Of a stretch of DNA of 64,000 nt, positions 39,101 to 53,278 are shown piece after piece; the stretch's first letter is position 1; every line of letters starts with the position of its first letter. The stretch is from Antedon mediterranea (taxonomy: Eukaryota; Animalia; Echinodermata). The notes under the pieces are model-generated. The model did not search any database. It was not told where the DNA came from and saw nothing but the letters and a program-made list of their open reading frames with translations. The translations under genes were made by a program, and so were the position numbers. The DNA lies in NCBI RefSeq assembly GCF_964355755.1, contig NC_092678.1, positions 10,104,352 to 10,168,351 on the forward strand. The letters run 5' to 3'.

Positions 39101-41986
39101 CCATATTAAGCTATTTTGTGCAATTTGATGTTTTTATGTAACCAAGTTTTTTGAAATGCGATTTGAAGATATTCTGAGCACTTTGGTGTTTTTATGTTAA
39201 AAAGTTTTTTCGAAAATCACAAAATGGTCTAAAACGTCTCCAAATGCGATTTGAAGATATTCTGAGCACTTTGGTGTTTTTATGTTAAAAAGTTTTTTCG
39301 AAAATCACAAAATGGTCTAAAACGTCTCCAAATGCGATTTGAAGCTATTCTGTACACTTTGATGTTTTGTGTGAAAAAGTTTTGTCGAAATGCTCAAAAT
39401 GGTCTAAAACGTTTTTAAAACGATATTAAGCTATTTTGTGCTCTTTGATGTTTTTGTGTAACCAAGTTTTTTCGAAAATCACAAAATGGTCTAAAACGTC
39501 TCCAAATGCGATTTGAAGCTTTTCTAAGCACTTTGGTGTTTTTATGTTAACAAGTTTTTTCGAAAATCACAAAATGGTCTAAAACGTCTCAAAATGCGAT
39601 TTGAAGGTATTCTGAGCACTTTGGTGTTTTTGTGTGAAAAGTTTTAACGAAATGCTCAAAATGGTCTAAAACGGTTTCTAATGTGATTTTAAGCACTTTG
39701 ATGTTTTTGTGTAACCAAGTTTTTTCGAAAATCACAAAATGGTCTAAAACGTCTCCAAATGCGATTTGAAGCTATTCTGTACACTTTGATGTTTTGTGTG
39801 AAAAAAGTTTTGTCGAAATGCTCAAAATGGTCTAAAACGTTTTTAAAACGATATTGAGCTATTTTGTGCTCTTTGATGTTTTTGTGTAACCAAGTTTTAT
39901 CGAAATGAACAAAATGGTCTAAAACGTCTCCAAATGCGATTTGAAGCTTTTCCAAGCACTTTGCTGTTTTTATATTAAGTTTTTTCGAAAATCACAAAAT
40001 GGTCTAAAACGTCTCTAAATGCGATTTGAAGGTATTCTGAGCAATTTGGTGTTTTTGTGTGAAAAGTTTTAACGAAATGCTCAAAATTGTCTAAAACGGT
40101 TTCTAATGTGATTTTAAGCACTTTGATGTTTTTGTAAAACCAAGTTTCATCGAAATGCGATTTGAAGCTTTTCCAAGCACTTTGCTGTTTTTATGTTAAC
40201 AAGCTTTTTCGAAAATCACAAAATGGTCTAAAACGTCTCCAAATGCGATTTGAAGATATTCTGAGCACTTTGGTGTTTTTATGTTAAAAAGTTTTTTCGA
40301 AAATCACAAAATGGTCTAAAACGTCTCCAAATGCGATTTGAAGATATTCTAAGCACTTTGGTGTTTTTATGTTAACAAGTTTTTTCGAAAATCACAAAAT
40401 GGTCTAAAACGTCTCCAAATGCGATTTGAAGATATTCTGAGCACTTTGGTGTTTTTCTGTTAAAAAGTATTTTCGAAAATCACAAAATGGTCCAAAACGT
40501 CTCCAAATGCAATTTGAAGCTATTCTGTACACTTTGATGTTTTGTGTGAAAAAGTTTTGTCAAAATGCTCAAAATGGTCTAAAACGTTTTTAAAACGATA
40601 TTAAGCTATTTTGTGCTCTTTGATGTTTTTGTATAACCAAGTTTTTTCGAAAATCACAAAATGGTCTACAACGTCTCCAAATGCGATTTGAAGCTTTTCT
40701 AAACACTTTGGTGTTTTTATGTTAACAAGTTTTTTCGAAAATCACAAAATGGTCTAAAACGTCTCCAAATCCGATTTGAAGCTATTCTGTACACTTTGAT
40801 GTTTTGTGTGAAAAAGTTTTGTCGAAATGCTCAAAATGGTCCAAAACGTTTTTAAAACGATATTAAGCTATTTTGTGCTCTTTGATGTTTTTGTGTAACC
40901 AAGTTTCATCGATATGAACAAAATGGTCTAAAACGTCTCAAAATGCGATTTGAAGGTATTCTGAGCACTTTGGTGTTTTTGGGTGAAAAGTTTTAACGAA
41001 ATGCTCAAAATGGTCTAAAACGGTTTCTAATGTGATTTTAAGCACTTTGAAGTATTTGTAAAAACAAGTTTCATCGAAATGCACAAAATAGTCTAAAACG
41101 TCTCCAAATGCGATTTGAAGCTTTTCTAAGCACTTTGGTGTTTTTATGTTAACAAGTTTTTTCGAAAATCACAAAATGGTCTAAAACGTCTCCAAATGCG
41201 ATTTGAAGATATTCTGAGCACTTTGGTGTTTTTATGTTAAAAAGTATTTTCGAAAATCACAAAATGGTCTAAAACGTCTCCAAATGCGATTTGAAACTCT
41301 TCTGTACACTTTGATGTTTTGTGTGAAAAAGTTAAGTCGAAATGCTCAAAATGGTCTAAAACGTTTTTAAAACGATATTAAGCTATTTTGTGCTCTTTGA
41401 TGTTTTTGTGTAACCAAGTTTCATCGAAAATCACAAAATGGTCTAAAACGTCTCCAAATGCGATTTGAAGCTTTTCCAAGCACTTTGCTGTTTTTATGTT
41501 AACAAGTTTTTTCGAAAATCACAAAATGGTCTAAAACGTCTCAAAATACGATATTAAGCTGTTTTGTGCACTTTGATGATTTGTGTGAAAAGTTTTAACG
41601 AAATGCTCAAAATGGTCTAAAACGGTTTCTAATGTGATTTTAAGCACTTTGATGTTTTTATGTAGCCAAGTTTTTTCGAAAATCACAAAATGGTCAAAAA
41701 CGTCTCCAAATGCGATTTGAAGCTTTTCTAAGCACTTTGGTGTTTTTATGTTAACAAGTTTTTTCGAAAATCACAAAATGGTCTAAAACGTCTCCAAATG
41801 CAATTTGAAGCTATTCTGTACACTTTGATGTTTTGTGTGAAAAAGTTTTGTCAAAATGCTCAAAATGGTCTAAAACGTTTTTAAAACGATATTAAGCTAT
41901 TTTGTGCTCTTTGATGTTTTTGTATAACCAAGTTTTTTCGAAAATCACAAAATGGTCTAAAACGTCTCCAAATGCGATTTGAAGCT
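27130..41986 (+). repeat. Full tandem duplication of a 7400-bp unit (27130-34586 matches 34530-41986)
   Basis: Five ORF markers at +7400 (27684, 27895, 29955, 30509, 32289). SNPs seen at 27369/34769 and 28066/35466. Confidence 0.92.
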
Positions 41987-44900
41987 TTTCCAAGCACTTT
42001 GCTGTTTTTATGTTAACAAGTTTTTTCGAAAATCACAAAATGGTCTAAAACGTCTCAAAATGCGATTTGAAGGTATTCTGAGCACTTTGGTGTTTTTGTG
42101 TGAAAAGTTTTAACGAAATGCTCAAAATTGTCTAAAACGGTTTCTAATGTGATTTTAAGCACTTTGATGTTTTTGTAAAACCAAGTTTCATCGAAATGAA
42201 CAAAATGGTCTAAAATGTCTCCAAATGCGATTTGAAGCTTTTCCAAGCACTTTGCTGTTTTTATGTTAACAAGCTTTTTCGAAATTCACAAAATGGTCTA
42301 AAACGTCTCCAAATGCGATTTGAAGATATTCTGAGCACTTTGGTGTTTTTATGTTAAAAAGTTTTTTCGAAAATCACAAAATGGTCTAAAACGTCTCCAA
42401 ATGCGATTTGAAGATATTCTGAGCACTTTGGTGTTTTTATGTTAAAAAGTTTTTTCGAAAATCACAAAATGGTCTAAAACGTCTCCAAATGCGATTTGAA
42501 GCTATTCTGTACACTTTGATGTTTTGTGTGAAAAAGTTTTGTCGAAATGCTCAAAATGGTTTAAAACGTTTTTAAAACGATATTAAGTTATTTTGTGCTC
42601 TTTGATGTTTTTGTGTAACCAAGTTTCATCGAAATGAACAAAATGGTCTAAAACGTCTCCAAATGCGATTTGAAGCTTTTCCAAGCACTTTGCTGTTTTT
42701 ATGTTAACAAGTTTTTTCGAAAATCACAAAATGGTGTAAAACGTCTCAAAATGCGATTTGAAGGTATTCTGAGCACTTTGGTGTTTTTGTGTGAAAAGTT
42801 TTAACGAAATGCTCAAAATGGTCTAAAACGGTTCTAATGTGATTTTAAGCTATTCTAGACACTTTGATGTTTTGTGTGAAAAAGTTTTCTCGAAATGCTC
42901 AAAATGGTCTAAAACGTTTTCCAATACCATATTAAGCTATTTTGTGCAATTTGATGTTTTTGTGTAACCAAGTTTTTTGAAATGCGATTTGAAGATATTC
43001 TGAGGACTCTGGTGTTTTTATGTTAAAAAGTTTTTTCGAAAATCACAAAATGGTCTAAAACGTCTCCAAATGCGATTTGAAGATATTCTGAGCACTTTGG
43101 TGTTTTTATGTTAAAAAGTTTTTTCGAAAATCACAAAATGGTCTAAAACGTCTCCAAATGCGATTTGAAGCTATTCTGTACACTTTGATGTTTTGTGTGA
43201 AAAAGTTTTGTCGAAATGCTCAAAATGGTCTAAAACGTTTTTAAAACGATATTAAGCTATTTTGTGCTCTTTGATGTTTTTGTGTAACCAAGTTTTTTCG
43301 AAAATCACAAAATGGTCTAAAACGTCTCCAAATGCGATTTGAAGCTTTTCTAAGCACTTTGGTGTTTTTATGTTAACAAGTTTTTTCGCAAATCACAAAA
43401 TGGTCTAAAACGTCTCCAAATGCGATTTGAAGATATTCTGAGCACATTGGTGTTTTTATGTTAAAAAAGTTTTTTCGAAAATCACAAAATGGTCTAAAAC
43501 GTTTCCAAATGCGATTTGAAGCTCTTCTGTACACTTTGATGTTTTGTGTGAAAAAGTTTTTTCGAAATGCTCAAAATGGTCTAAAACGTTTTTAAATACG
43601 ATATTAAGCTGTTTTGTGCACTTTGATGGTTTGTGTGAAAAGTTTTAACGAAATGCTCAAAATGGTCAAAAACGGTTTCTAATGTGATTTTAAGCACTTT
43701 GATGTTTTTGTGTAACCAAGTTTTTTCGAAAATCACAAATTGGTCTAAAACGTCTCCAAATGCGATTTGAAGCTTTTCTAAACACTTTGGTGCTTTTATG
43801 TTAACAAGTTTTTTCGAAAATCACAAAATGGTCTAAAACGTCTCCAAATGCGATTTGAAGCTTTTCTAAACACTTTGGTGTTTTTATGTTAACAAGTTTT
43901 TTCGAAAATCACAAAATGGTCTAAAACGTTTCCAAATGCGATTTGAAGCTATTCTGTACACTTTGATGTTTTGTGTGAAAAAGTTTTCTCGAAATGCTCA
44001 AAATGGTCTAAAACGTTTTCCAATACCATATTAAGCTATTTTGTGCAATTTGATGTTTTTATGTAACCAAGTTTTTTGAAATGCGATTTGAAGATATTCT
44101 GAGCACTTTGGTGTTTTTATGTTAAAAAGTTTTTTCGAAAATCACAAAATGGTCTAAAACGTCTCCAAATGCGATTTGAAGATATTCTGAGCACTTTGGT
44201 GTTTTTATGTTAAAAAGTTTTTTCGAAAATCACAAAATGGTCTAAAACGTCTCCAAATGCGATTTGAAGCTATTCTGTACACTTTGATGTTTTGTGTGAA
44301 AAAGTTTTGTCGAAATGCTCAAAATGGTCTAAAACGTTTTTAAAACGATATTAAGCTATTTTGTGCTCTTTGATGTTTTTGTGTAACCAAGTTTTTTCGA
44401 AAATCACAAAATGGTCTAAAACGTCTCCAAATGCGATTTGAAGCTTTTCTAAGCACTTTGGTGTTTTTATGTTAACAAGTTTTTTCGAAAATCACAAAAT
44501 GGTCTAAAACGTCTCAAAATGCGATTTGAAGGTATTCTGAGCACTTTGGTGTTTTTGTGTGAAAAGTTTTAACGAAATGCTCAAAATGGTCTAAAACGGT
44601 TTCTAATGTGATTTTAAGCACTTTGATGTTTTTGTGTAACCAAGTTTTTTCGAAAATCACAAAATGGTCTAAAACGTCTCCAAATGCGATTTGAAGCTAT
44701 TCTGTACACTTTGATGTTTTGTGTGAAAAAAGTTTTGTCGAAATGCTCAAAATGGTCTAAAACGTTTTTAAAACGATATTGAGCTATTTTGTGCTCTTTG
44801 ATGTTTTTGTGTAACCAAGTTTTATCGAAATGAACAAAATGGTCTAAAACGTCTCCAAATGCGATTTGAAGCTTTTCCAAGCACTTTGCTGTTTTTATAT

Positions 44901-47900
44901 TAAGTTTTTTCGAAAATCACAAAATGGTCTAAAACGTCTCTAAATGCGATTTGAAGGTATTCTGAGCAATTTGGTGTTTTTGTGTGAAAAGTTTTAACGA
45001 AATGCTCAAAATTGTCTAAAACGGTTTCTAATGTGATTTTAAGCACTTTGATGTTTTTGTAAAACCAAGTTTCATCGAAATGCGATTTGAAGCTTTTCCA
45101 AGCACTTTGCTGTTTTTATGTTAACAAGCTTTTTCGAAAATCACAAAATGGTCTAAAACGTCTCCAAATGCGATTTGAAGATATTCTGAGCACTTTGGTG
45201 TTTTTATGTTAAAAAGTTTTTTCGAAAATCACAAAATGGTCTAAAACGTCTCCAAATGCGATTTGAAGATATTCTAAGCACTTTGGTGTTTTTATGTTAA
45301 CAAGTTTTTTCGAAAATCACAAAATGGTCTAAAACGTCTCCAAATGCGATTTGAAGATATTCTGAGCACTTTGGTGTTTTTCTGTTAAAAAGTATTTTCG
45401 AAAATCACAAAATGGTCCAAAACGTCTCCAAATGCAATTTGAAGCTATTCTGTACACTTTGATGTTTTGTGTGAAAAAGTTTTGTCAAAATGCTCAAAAT
45501 GGTCTAAAACGTTTTTAAAACGATATTAAGCTATTTTGTGCTCTTTGATGTTTTTGTATAACCAAGTTTTTTCGAAAATCACAAAATGGTCTACAACGTC
45601 TCCAAATGCGATTTGAAGCTTTTCTAAACACTTTGGTGTTTTTATGTTAACAAGTTTTTTCGAAAATCACAAAATGGTCTAAAACGTCTCCAAATCCGAT
45701 TTGAAGCTATTCTGTACACTTTGATGTTTTGTGTGAAAAAGTTTTGTCGAAATGCTCAAAATGGTCCAAAACGTTTTTAAAACGATATTAAGCTATTTTG
45801 TGCTCTTTGATGTTTTTGTGTAACCAAGTTTCATCGATATGAACAAAATGGTCTAAAACGTCTCAAAATGCGATTTGAAGGTATTCTGAGCACTTTGGTG
45901 TTTTTGGGTGAAAAGTTTTAACGAAATGCTCAAAATGGTCTAAAACGGTTTCTAATGTGATTTTAAGCACTTTGAAGTATTTGTAAAAACAAGTTTCATC
46001 GAAATGCACAAAATAGTCTAAAACGTCTCCAAATGCGATTTGAAGCTTTTCTAAGCACTTTGGTGTTTTTATGTTAACAAGTTTTTTCGAAAATCACAAA
46101 ATGGTCTAAAACGTCTCCAAATGCGATTTGAAGATATTCTGAGCACTTTGGTGTTTTTATGTTAAAAAGTATTTTCGAAAATCACAAAATGGTCTAAAAC
46201 GTCTCCAAATGCGATTTGAAACTCTTCTGTACACTTTGATGTTTTGTGTGAAAAAGTTAAGTCGAAATGCTCAAAATGGTCTAAAACGTTTTTAAAACGA
46301 TATTAAGCTATTTTGTGCTCTTTGATGTTTTTGTGTAACCAAGTTTCATCGAAAATCACAAAATGGTCTAAAACGTCTCCAAATGCGATTTGAAGCTTTT
46401 CCAAGCACTTTGCTGTTTTTATGTTAACAAGTTTTTTCGAAAATCACAAAATGGTCTAAAACGTCTCAAAATACGATATTAAGCTGTTTTGTGCACTTTG
46501 ATGATTTGTGTGAAAAGTTTTAACGAAATGCTCAAAATGGTCTAAAACGGTTTCTAATGTGATTTTAAGCACTTTGATGTTTTTATGTAGCCAAGTTTTT
46601 TCGAAAATCACAAAATGGTCAAAAACGTCTCCAAATGCGATTTGAAGCTTTTCTAAGCACTTTGGTGTTTTTATGTTAACAAGTTTTTTCGAAAATCACA
46701 AAATGGTCTAAAACGTCTCCAAATGCAATTTGAAGCTATTCTGTACACTTTGATGTTTTGTGTGAAAAAGTTTTGTCAAAATGCTCAAAATGGTCTAAAA
46801 CGTTTTTAAAACGATATTAAGCTATTTTGTGCTCTTTGATGTTTTTGTATAACCAAGTTTTTTCGAAAATCACAAAATGGTCTAAAACGTCTCCAAATGC
46901 GATTTGAAGCTTTTCCAAGCACTTTGCAGTTTTTATGTTAACAAGTTTTTTCGAAAATCACAAAATGGTCTAAAACGTCTCAAAATGCGATTTGAAGGTA
47001 TTCTGAGCACTTTGGTGTTTTTGTGTGAAAAGTTTTAACGAAATGCTCAAAATTGTCTAAAACGGTTTCTAATGTGATTTTAAGCACTTTGATGTTTTTG
47101 TAAAACCAAGTTTCATCGAAATGAACAAAATGGTCTAAAATGTCTCCAAATGCGATTTGAAGCTTTTCCAAGCACTTTGCTGTTTTTATGTTAACAAGCT
47201 TTTTCGAAAATCACAAAATGGTCTAAAACGTCTCCAAATGCGATTTGAAGATATTCTGAGCACTTTGGTGTTTTTATGTTAAAAAGTTTTTTCGAAAATC
47301 ACAAAATGGTCTAAAACGTCTCCAAATGCGATTTGAAGCTTTTCTAAGCACTTTGGTGTTTTTATGTTAACAAGTTTTTTCGCAAATCACAAAATGGTCT
47401 AAAACGTCTCCAAATGCGATTTGAAGATATTCTGAGCACATTGGTGTTTTTATGTTAAAAAAGTTTTTTCGAAAATCACAAAATGGTCTAAAACGTTTCC
47501 AAATGCGATTTGAAGCTCTTCTGTACACTTTGATGTTTTGTGTGAAAAAGTTTTTTCGAAATGCTCAAAATGGTCTAAAACGTTTTTAAATACGATATTA
47601 AGCTGTTTTGTGCACTTTGATGGTTTGTGTGAAAAGTTTTAACGAAATGCTCAAAATGGTCAAAAACGGTTTCTAATGTGATTTTAAGCACTTTGATGTT
47701 TTTGTGTAACCAAGTTTTTTCGAAAATCACAAATTGGTCTAAAACGTCTCCAAATGCGATTTGAAGCTTTTCTAAACACTTTGGTGCTTTTATGTTAACA
47801 AGTTTTTTCGAAAATCACAAAATGGTCTAAAACGTCTCCAAATGCGATTTGAAGCTTTTCTAAACACTTTGGTGTTTTTATGTTAACAAGTTTTTTCGAA

Positions 47901-50900
47901 AATCACAAAATGGTCTAAAACGTCTTCAAATGCGATTTGAAGATATTCTGAGCACTTTGGTGTTTTTCTGTTAAAAAGTTTTTTCGAAAATCACAAAATG
48001 GTCTAAAACGTCTCCAAATGCGATTTGAAGCTCTTCTGTACACTTTGATGTTTTGTGTGAAAAAGTTTTCTCGAAATGCTCAAAATGGTCTAAAACGTTT
48101 TCCAATACCATATTAAGCTATTTTGTGCAATTTGATGTTTTTATGTAACCAAGTTTTTTGAAATGCGATTTGAAGATATTCTGAGCACTTTGGTGTTTTT
48201 ATGTTAAAAAGTTTTTTCGAAAATCACAAAATGGTCTAAAACGTCTCCAAATGCGATTTGAAGATATTCTGAGCACTTTGGTGTTTTTATGTTAAAAAGT
48301 TTTTTCGAAAATCACAAAATGGTCTAAAACGTCTCCAAATGCGATTTGAAGCTATTCTGTACACTTTGATGTTTTGTGTGAAAAAGTTTTGTCGAAATGC
48401 TCAAAATGGTCTAAAACGTTTTTAAAACGATATTAAGCTATTTTGTGCTCTTTGATGTTTTTGTGTAACCAAGTTTTTTCGAAAATCACAAAATGGTCTA
48501 AAACGTCTCCAAATGCGATTTGAAGCTTTTCTAAGCACTTTGGTGTTTTTATGTTAACAAGTTTTTTCGAAAATCACAAAATGGTCTAAAACGTCTCAAA
48601 ATGCGATTTGAAGGTATTCTGAGCACTTTGGTGTTTTTGTGTGAAAAGTTTTAACGAAATGCTCAAAATGGTCTAAAACGGTTTCTAATGTGATTTTAAG
48701 CACTTTGATGTTTTTGTGTAACCAAGTTTTTTCGAAAATCACAAAATGGTCTAAAACGTCTCCAAATGCGATTTGAAGCTATTCTGTACACTTTGATGTT
48801 TTGTGTGAAAAAAGTTTTGTCGAAATGCTCAAAATGGTCTAAAACGTTTTTAAAACGATATTGAGCTATTTTGTGCTCTTTGATGTTTTTGTGTAACCAA
48901 GTTTTATCGAAATGAACAAAATGGTCTAAAACGTCTCCAAATGCGATTTGAAGCTTTTCCAAGCACTTTGCTGTTTTTATATTAAGTTTTTTCGAAAATC
49001 ACAAAATGGTCTAAAACGTCTCTAAATGCGATTTGAAGGTATTCTGAGCAATTTGGTGTTTTTGTGTGAAAAGTTTTAACGAAATGCTCAAAATTGTCTA
49101 AAACGGTTTCTAATGTGATTTTAAGCACTTTGATGTTTTTGTAAAACCAAGTTTCATCGAAATGCACAAAATGGTCTAAAACGTCCCCAAATGCGATTTG
49201 AAGCTATTCTGTACACTTTGATGTTTTGTGTGAAAAAAGTTTTGTCGAAATGCTCAAAATGGTCTAAAACGTTTTTAAAACGATATTAAGCTATTTTGTG
49301 CTCTTTGATGTTTTTGTGTAACCAAGTTTTATCGAAATGAACAAAATGGTCTAAAACGTCTCCAAATGCGATTTGAAGCTTTTCCAAGCACTTTGCTGTT
49401 TTTATGTTAACAGGTTTTTTCGAAAATCACAAAATGGTCTAAAACGTCTCAAAATGCGATTTGAAGGTATTCTGAGCACTTTGGTGTTTTTGTGTGAAAA
49501 GTTTTAACGAAATGCTCAAAATTGTCTAAAACGGTTTCTAATGTGATTTTAAGCACTTTGATGTTTTTGTAAAACCAAGTTTCATCGAAATGCACAAAAT
49601 GGTCTAAAATGTCTCCAAATGCGATTTGAAGCTTTTCCAAGCACTTTGCTGTTTTTATGTTAACAAGCTTTTTCGAAAATCACAAAAGGGTCTAAAACGT
49701 CTCCAAATGTGATTTGAAGATATTCTGAGCACTTTGGTATTTTTATGTTAAAAAGTTTTTTCGAAAATCACAAAATGGTCTAAAACGTCTCCAAATGCGA
49801 TTTGAAGATATTCTGAGCACTTTGGTGTTTTTATGTTAAAAAGTTTTTTCGAAAATCACAAAATGGTCTAAAACGTCTCCAAATGCGATTTGAAGCTATT
49901 CTGTACACTTTGATGTTTTGTGTGAAAAAGTTTTGTCGAAATGCTCAAAATGGTTTAAAACGTTTTTAAAACGATATTAAGCTATTTTGTGCTCTTTGAT
50001 GTTTTTGTATAACCAAGTTTCATCGAAATGCACAAAATGGTCTAAAACGTCTCCAAATACGATTTGAAGCTTTTCCAAGCACTTTGCTGTTTTTATGTTA
50101 ACAAGTTTTTTCGAAAATCACAAAATTGTCTAAAACGTCTCAAAATGCGATTTGAAGGTATTCTGAGCACTTTGGTGTTTTTGTGTGAAAAGTTTTAACG
50201 AAAAGCTCAAAATGGTCTAAAACGGTTCTAATGTGATTTTAAGCACTTTGATGTTTTTGTACAACCAAGTTTCATCGAAATGCTCAAAATGGTCTAAAAC
50301 GTTTTTAAAACGATATTAAGCTATTTTGTGCTCTTTGATGTTTTTGTGTAACCAAGTTTTTTTCGAAAATCACAAAATGGTCTAAAACGTCTCCAAATGC
50401 GATTTGAAGCTTTTCTAAGCACTTTGGTGTTTTTATGTTAACAAGTTTTTTCGAAAATCGCAAAATGGTCTAAAACGTCTCAAAATGCGATTTGAAGGTA
50501 TTCTGAGCACTTTGGTGTTTTTGTGTGAAAAGTTTTAACGAAATGCTCAAAATGGTCTAAAACGGTTTCTAATGTGATTTTAACCACTTTGATGTTTTTG
50601 TGTAACCAAGTTCTTTTCGAAAATCACAAAATGGTCTAAAACGTCTCCAAATGCGATTTGAAGCTTTTCTAAGCACTTTGGTGTTTTTATGTTAACAAGT
50701 TTTTTCGAAAATCACAAAATGGTCTAAAACGTCTCAAAATGCGATTTGAAGGTATTCTGAGCACTTTGGTGTTTTTGTGTGAAAAGTTTTAACGAAATGC
50801 TCAAAATGGTCTAAAACGGTTTCTAATGTGATTTTAACCACTTTGATGTTTTTGTGTAACCAAGTTTTTTCGAAAATCACAAAATGGTCTAAAACGTCTC

Positions 50901-53278
50901 CAAATGCGATTTGAAGCTTTTCTAAGCACTTTGGTGTTTTTATGTTAACAAGTTTTTTCGAAAATCACAAAATGGTCTAAAACGTCTCCAAATGCGATTT
51001 GAAGCTATTCTGTACACTTTGATGTTTTGTGTGAAAAAAGTTTTGTCGAAATGCTCAAAATGGTCTAAAACGTTTTTAAAACGATATTAAGCTATTTTGT
51101 GCTCTTTGATGTTTTTGTGTAACCAAGTTTTATCGAAATGAACAAAATGTTCTAAAACGTCTCCAAATGCGATTTGAAGCTTTTCCAAGCACTTTGCTGT
51201 TTTTATGTTAAGTTTTTTCGAAAATCACAAATTGGTCTAAAACGTCTCTAAATGCGAGTTGAAGGTATTCTGAGCACTTTGGTGTTTTTGTGTGAAAAGT
51301 TTTAACGAAATGCTCAAAATTGTCTAAAACGGTTTCTAATGTGATTTTAAGCACTTTGATGTTTTTGTAAAACCAAGTTTCATCGAAATGCACAAAATGG
51401 TCTAAAACGTCTCCAAATGCGATTTGAAGCTTTTCCAAGCACTTTGCTGTTTTTATGTTAACAAGCTTTTTCGAAAATCACAAAATGGTCTAAAACGTCT
51501 CCAAATGCGATTTGAAGATATTCTGAGCACTTTGGTGTTTTTATGTTAAAAAGTTTTTTCGAAAATCACAAAATGGTCTAAAACGTCTCCAAATGCGATT
51601 TGAAGCTCTTCTGTACACTTTGATGTTTTGTGTGAATAAGTTTTGTCAAAATGCTCAAAATGGTCTAAAACGTTTTTAAAACGATATTAAGCTATTTTGT
51701 GCTCTTTGATGTTTTTGTATAACCAAGTTTTTTCGAAAATCACAAAATTGTCTAAAACGTCTCCAAATGCGATTTGAAGATATTCTGAGCACTTTGGTGT
51801 TTTTATGTTAAAAAGTTTTTTCGAAAATCACAAAATGGTCTAAAACGTCTCCAAATGCGATTTGAAGATATTCTGAGCACTTTGGTGTTTTGTGTGAAAA
51901 GTTTTGTCGAAATGCTCAAAATGGTCTAAAACGTTTTTAAAACGATATTAAGCTATTTTGTGCTCTTTGATGTTTTTGTGTAACCAAGTTTCATCGAAAT
52001 GAACAAAATGGTCTAAAACGTCTCCAAATGCGATTTGAAGCTTTTCTAAGCACTTTGGTGTTTTTATGTTAACAAGTTTTTTCGAAAATCACAAAATGGT
52101 CTAAAACGTCTCCAAATGCGATTTGAAGATATTCTGAGCACTTTGCTGTTTTTATGTTAACAAGTTTTTTCGAAAATCACAAAATGGTCTAAAACGTCTC
52201 AAAATGCTATTTGAAGGTATTCTGAGCACTTTGGTGTTTTTGTGTGAAAAGTTTTAACGAAATGCTCAAAATGGTCTAAAACGGTTCTAATGTGATTTTA
52301 AGCACTTTGATGTTTTTGTATAACCAAGTTTCATCGAAATGCTCAAAATGGTCTAAAACGTTTTTAAAACGATATTAAGCTATTTTGTGCTCTTTGATGT
52401 TTTTGTGTAACGAAGTTTCATCGAAATGAACAAAATGGTCTAAAACGTCTCCAAATGCGATTTGAAGCTTTTCCAAGCACTTTGCTGTTTTTATGTTAAC
52501 AAGTTTTTTCGAAAATCACAAAATGGCCTAAAACGTCTCAAAATGCGATTTCAAGGTATTCTGAGCACTTTGGTGTTTTTGTGTGAAAGGTTTTAACGAA
52601 ATGCTCAAAATGGTCTAAAACGGTTTCTAATGTGATTTTAAGCACTTTGATGTTTTTGTATAACCAAGTTTCATCGAAATGCACAAAATGGTCTAAAACG
52701 TCTCCAAATGCGATTTGAAGCTTTTCTAAGCACTTTGCTGTTTTTATGTTAAAAAGTTTTTTCGAAAATCACAAAATGGTCTAAAACGTCTCCAAATGCG
52801 ATTTGAAGATATTCTGAGCACTTTGGTGTTTTTATGTTAAAAAGTTTTTTCGAAAATCACAAAATGGTCTAAAACGTCTCCAAATGCGATTTGAAGATAT
52901 TCTGAGCACTTTGGTGTTTTTATGTTAAAAAGTTTTTTCGAAAATCACAAAATGGTCTAAAACGTCTCCAAATGCGATTTGAAGCTATTCTGTACACTTT
53001 GATGTTTTGTGTGAAAAAGTTTTGTCGAAATGCTCAAAATGGTCTAAAACGTTTTTAAAACGATATTAAGCTATTTTGTGCTCTTTGATGTTTTTGTGTA
53101 ACCAAGTTTTATCGAAATGAACAAAATGGTCTAAAACGTCTCCAAATGCGATTTGAAGCTTTTCTAAGCACTTTGCTGTTTTTATGTTAACAAGTTTTTT
53201 CGAAAATCACAAAATGGTCTAAAACGTCTCCAAATGGGATTTGAAGCTTTTCTAAGCACTTTGGTGTTTTTATGTTAA
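38254..53278 (+). repeat. Copy 2 of the >=15-kb block (offset 38253)
   Basis: Carries the same rare variants as 1-15025 (42285, 46928, 49186). Only one difference was noticed by eye: 9862 T vs 48115 A. Confidence 0.92.
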
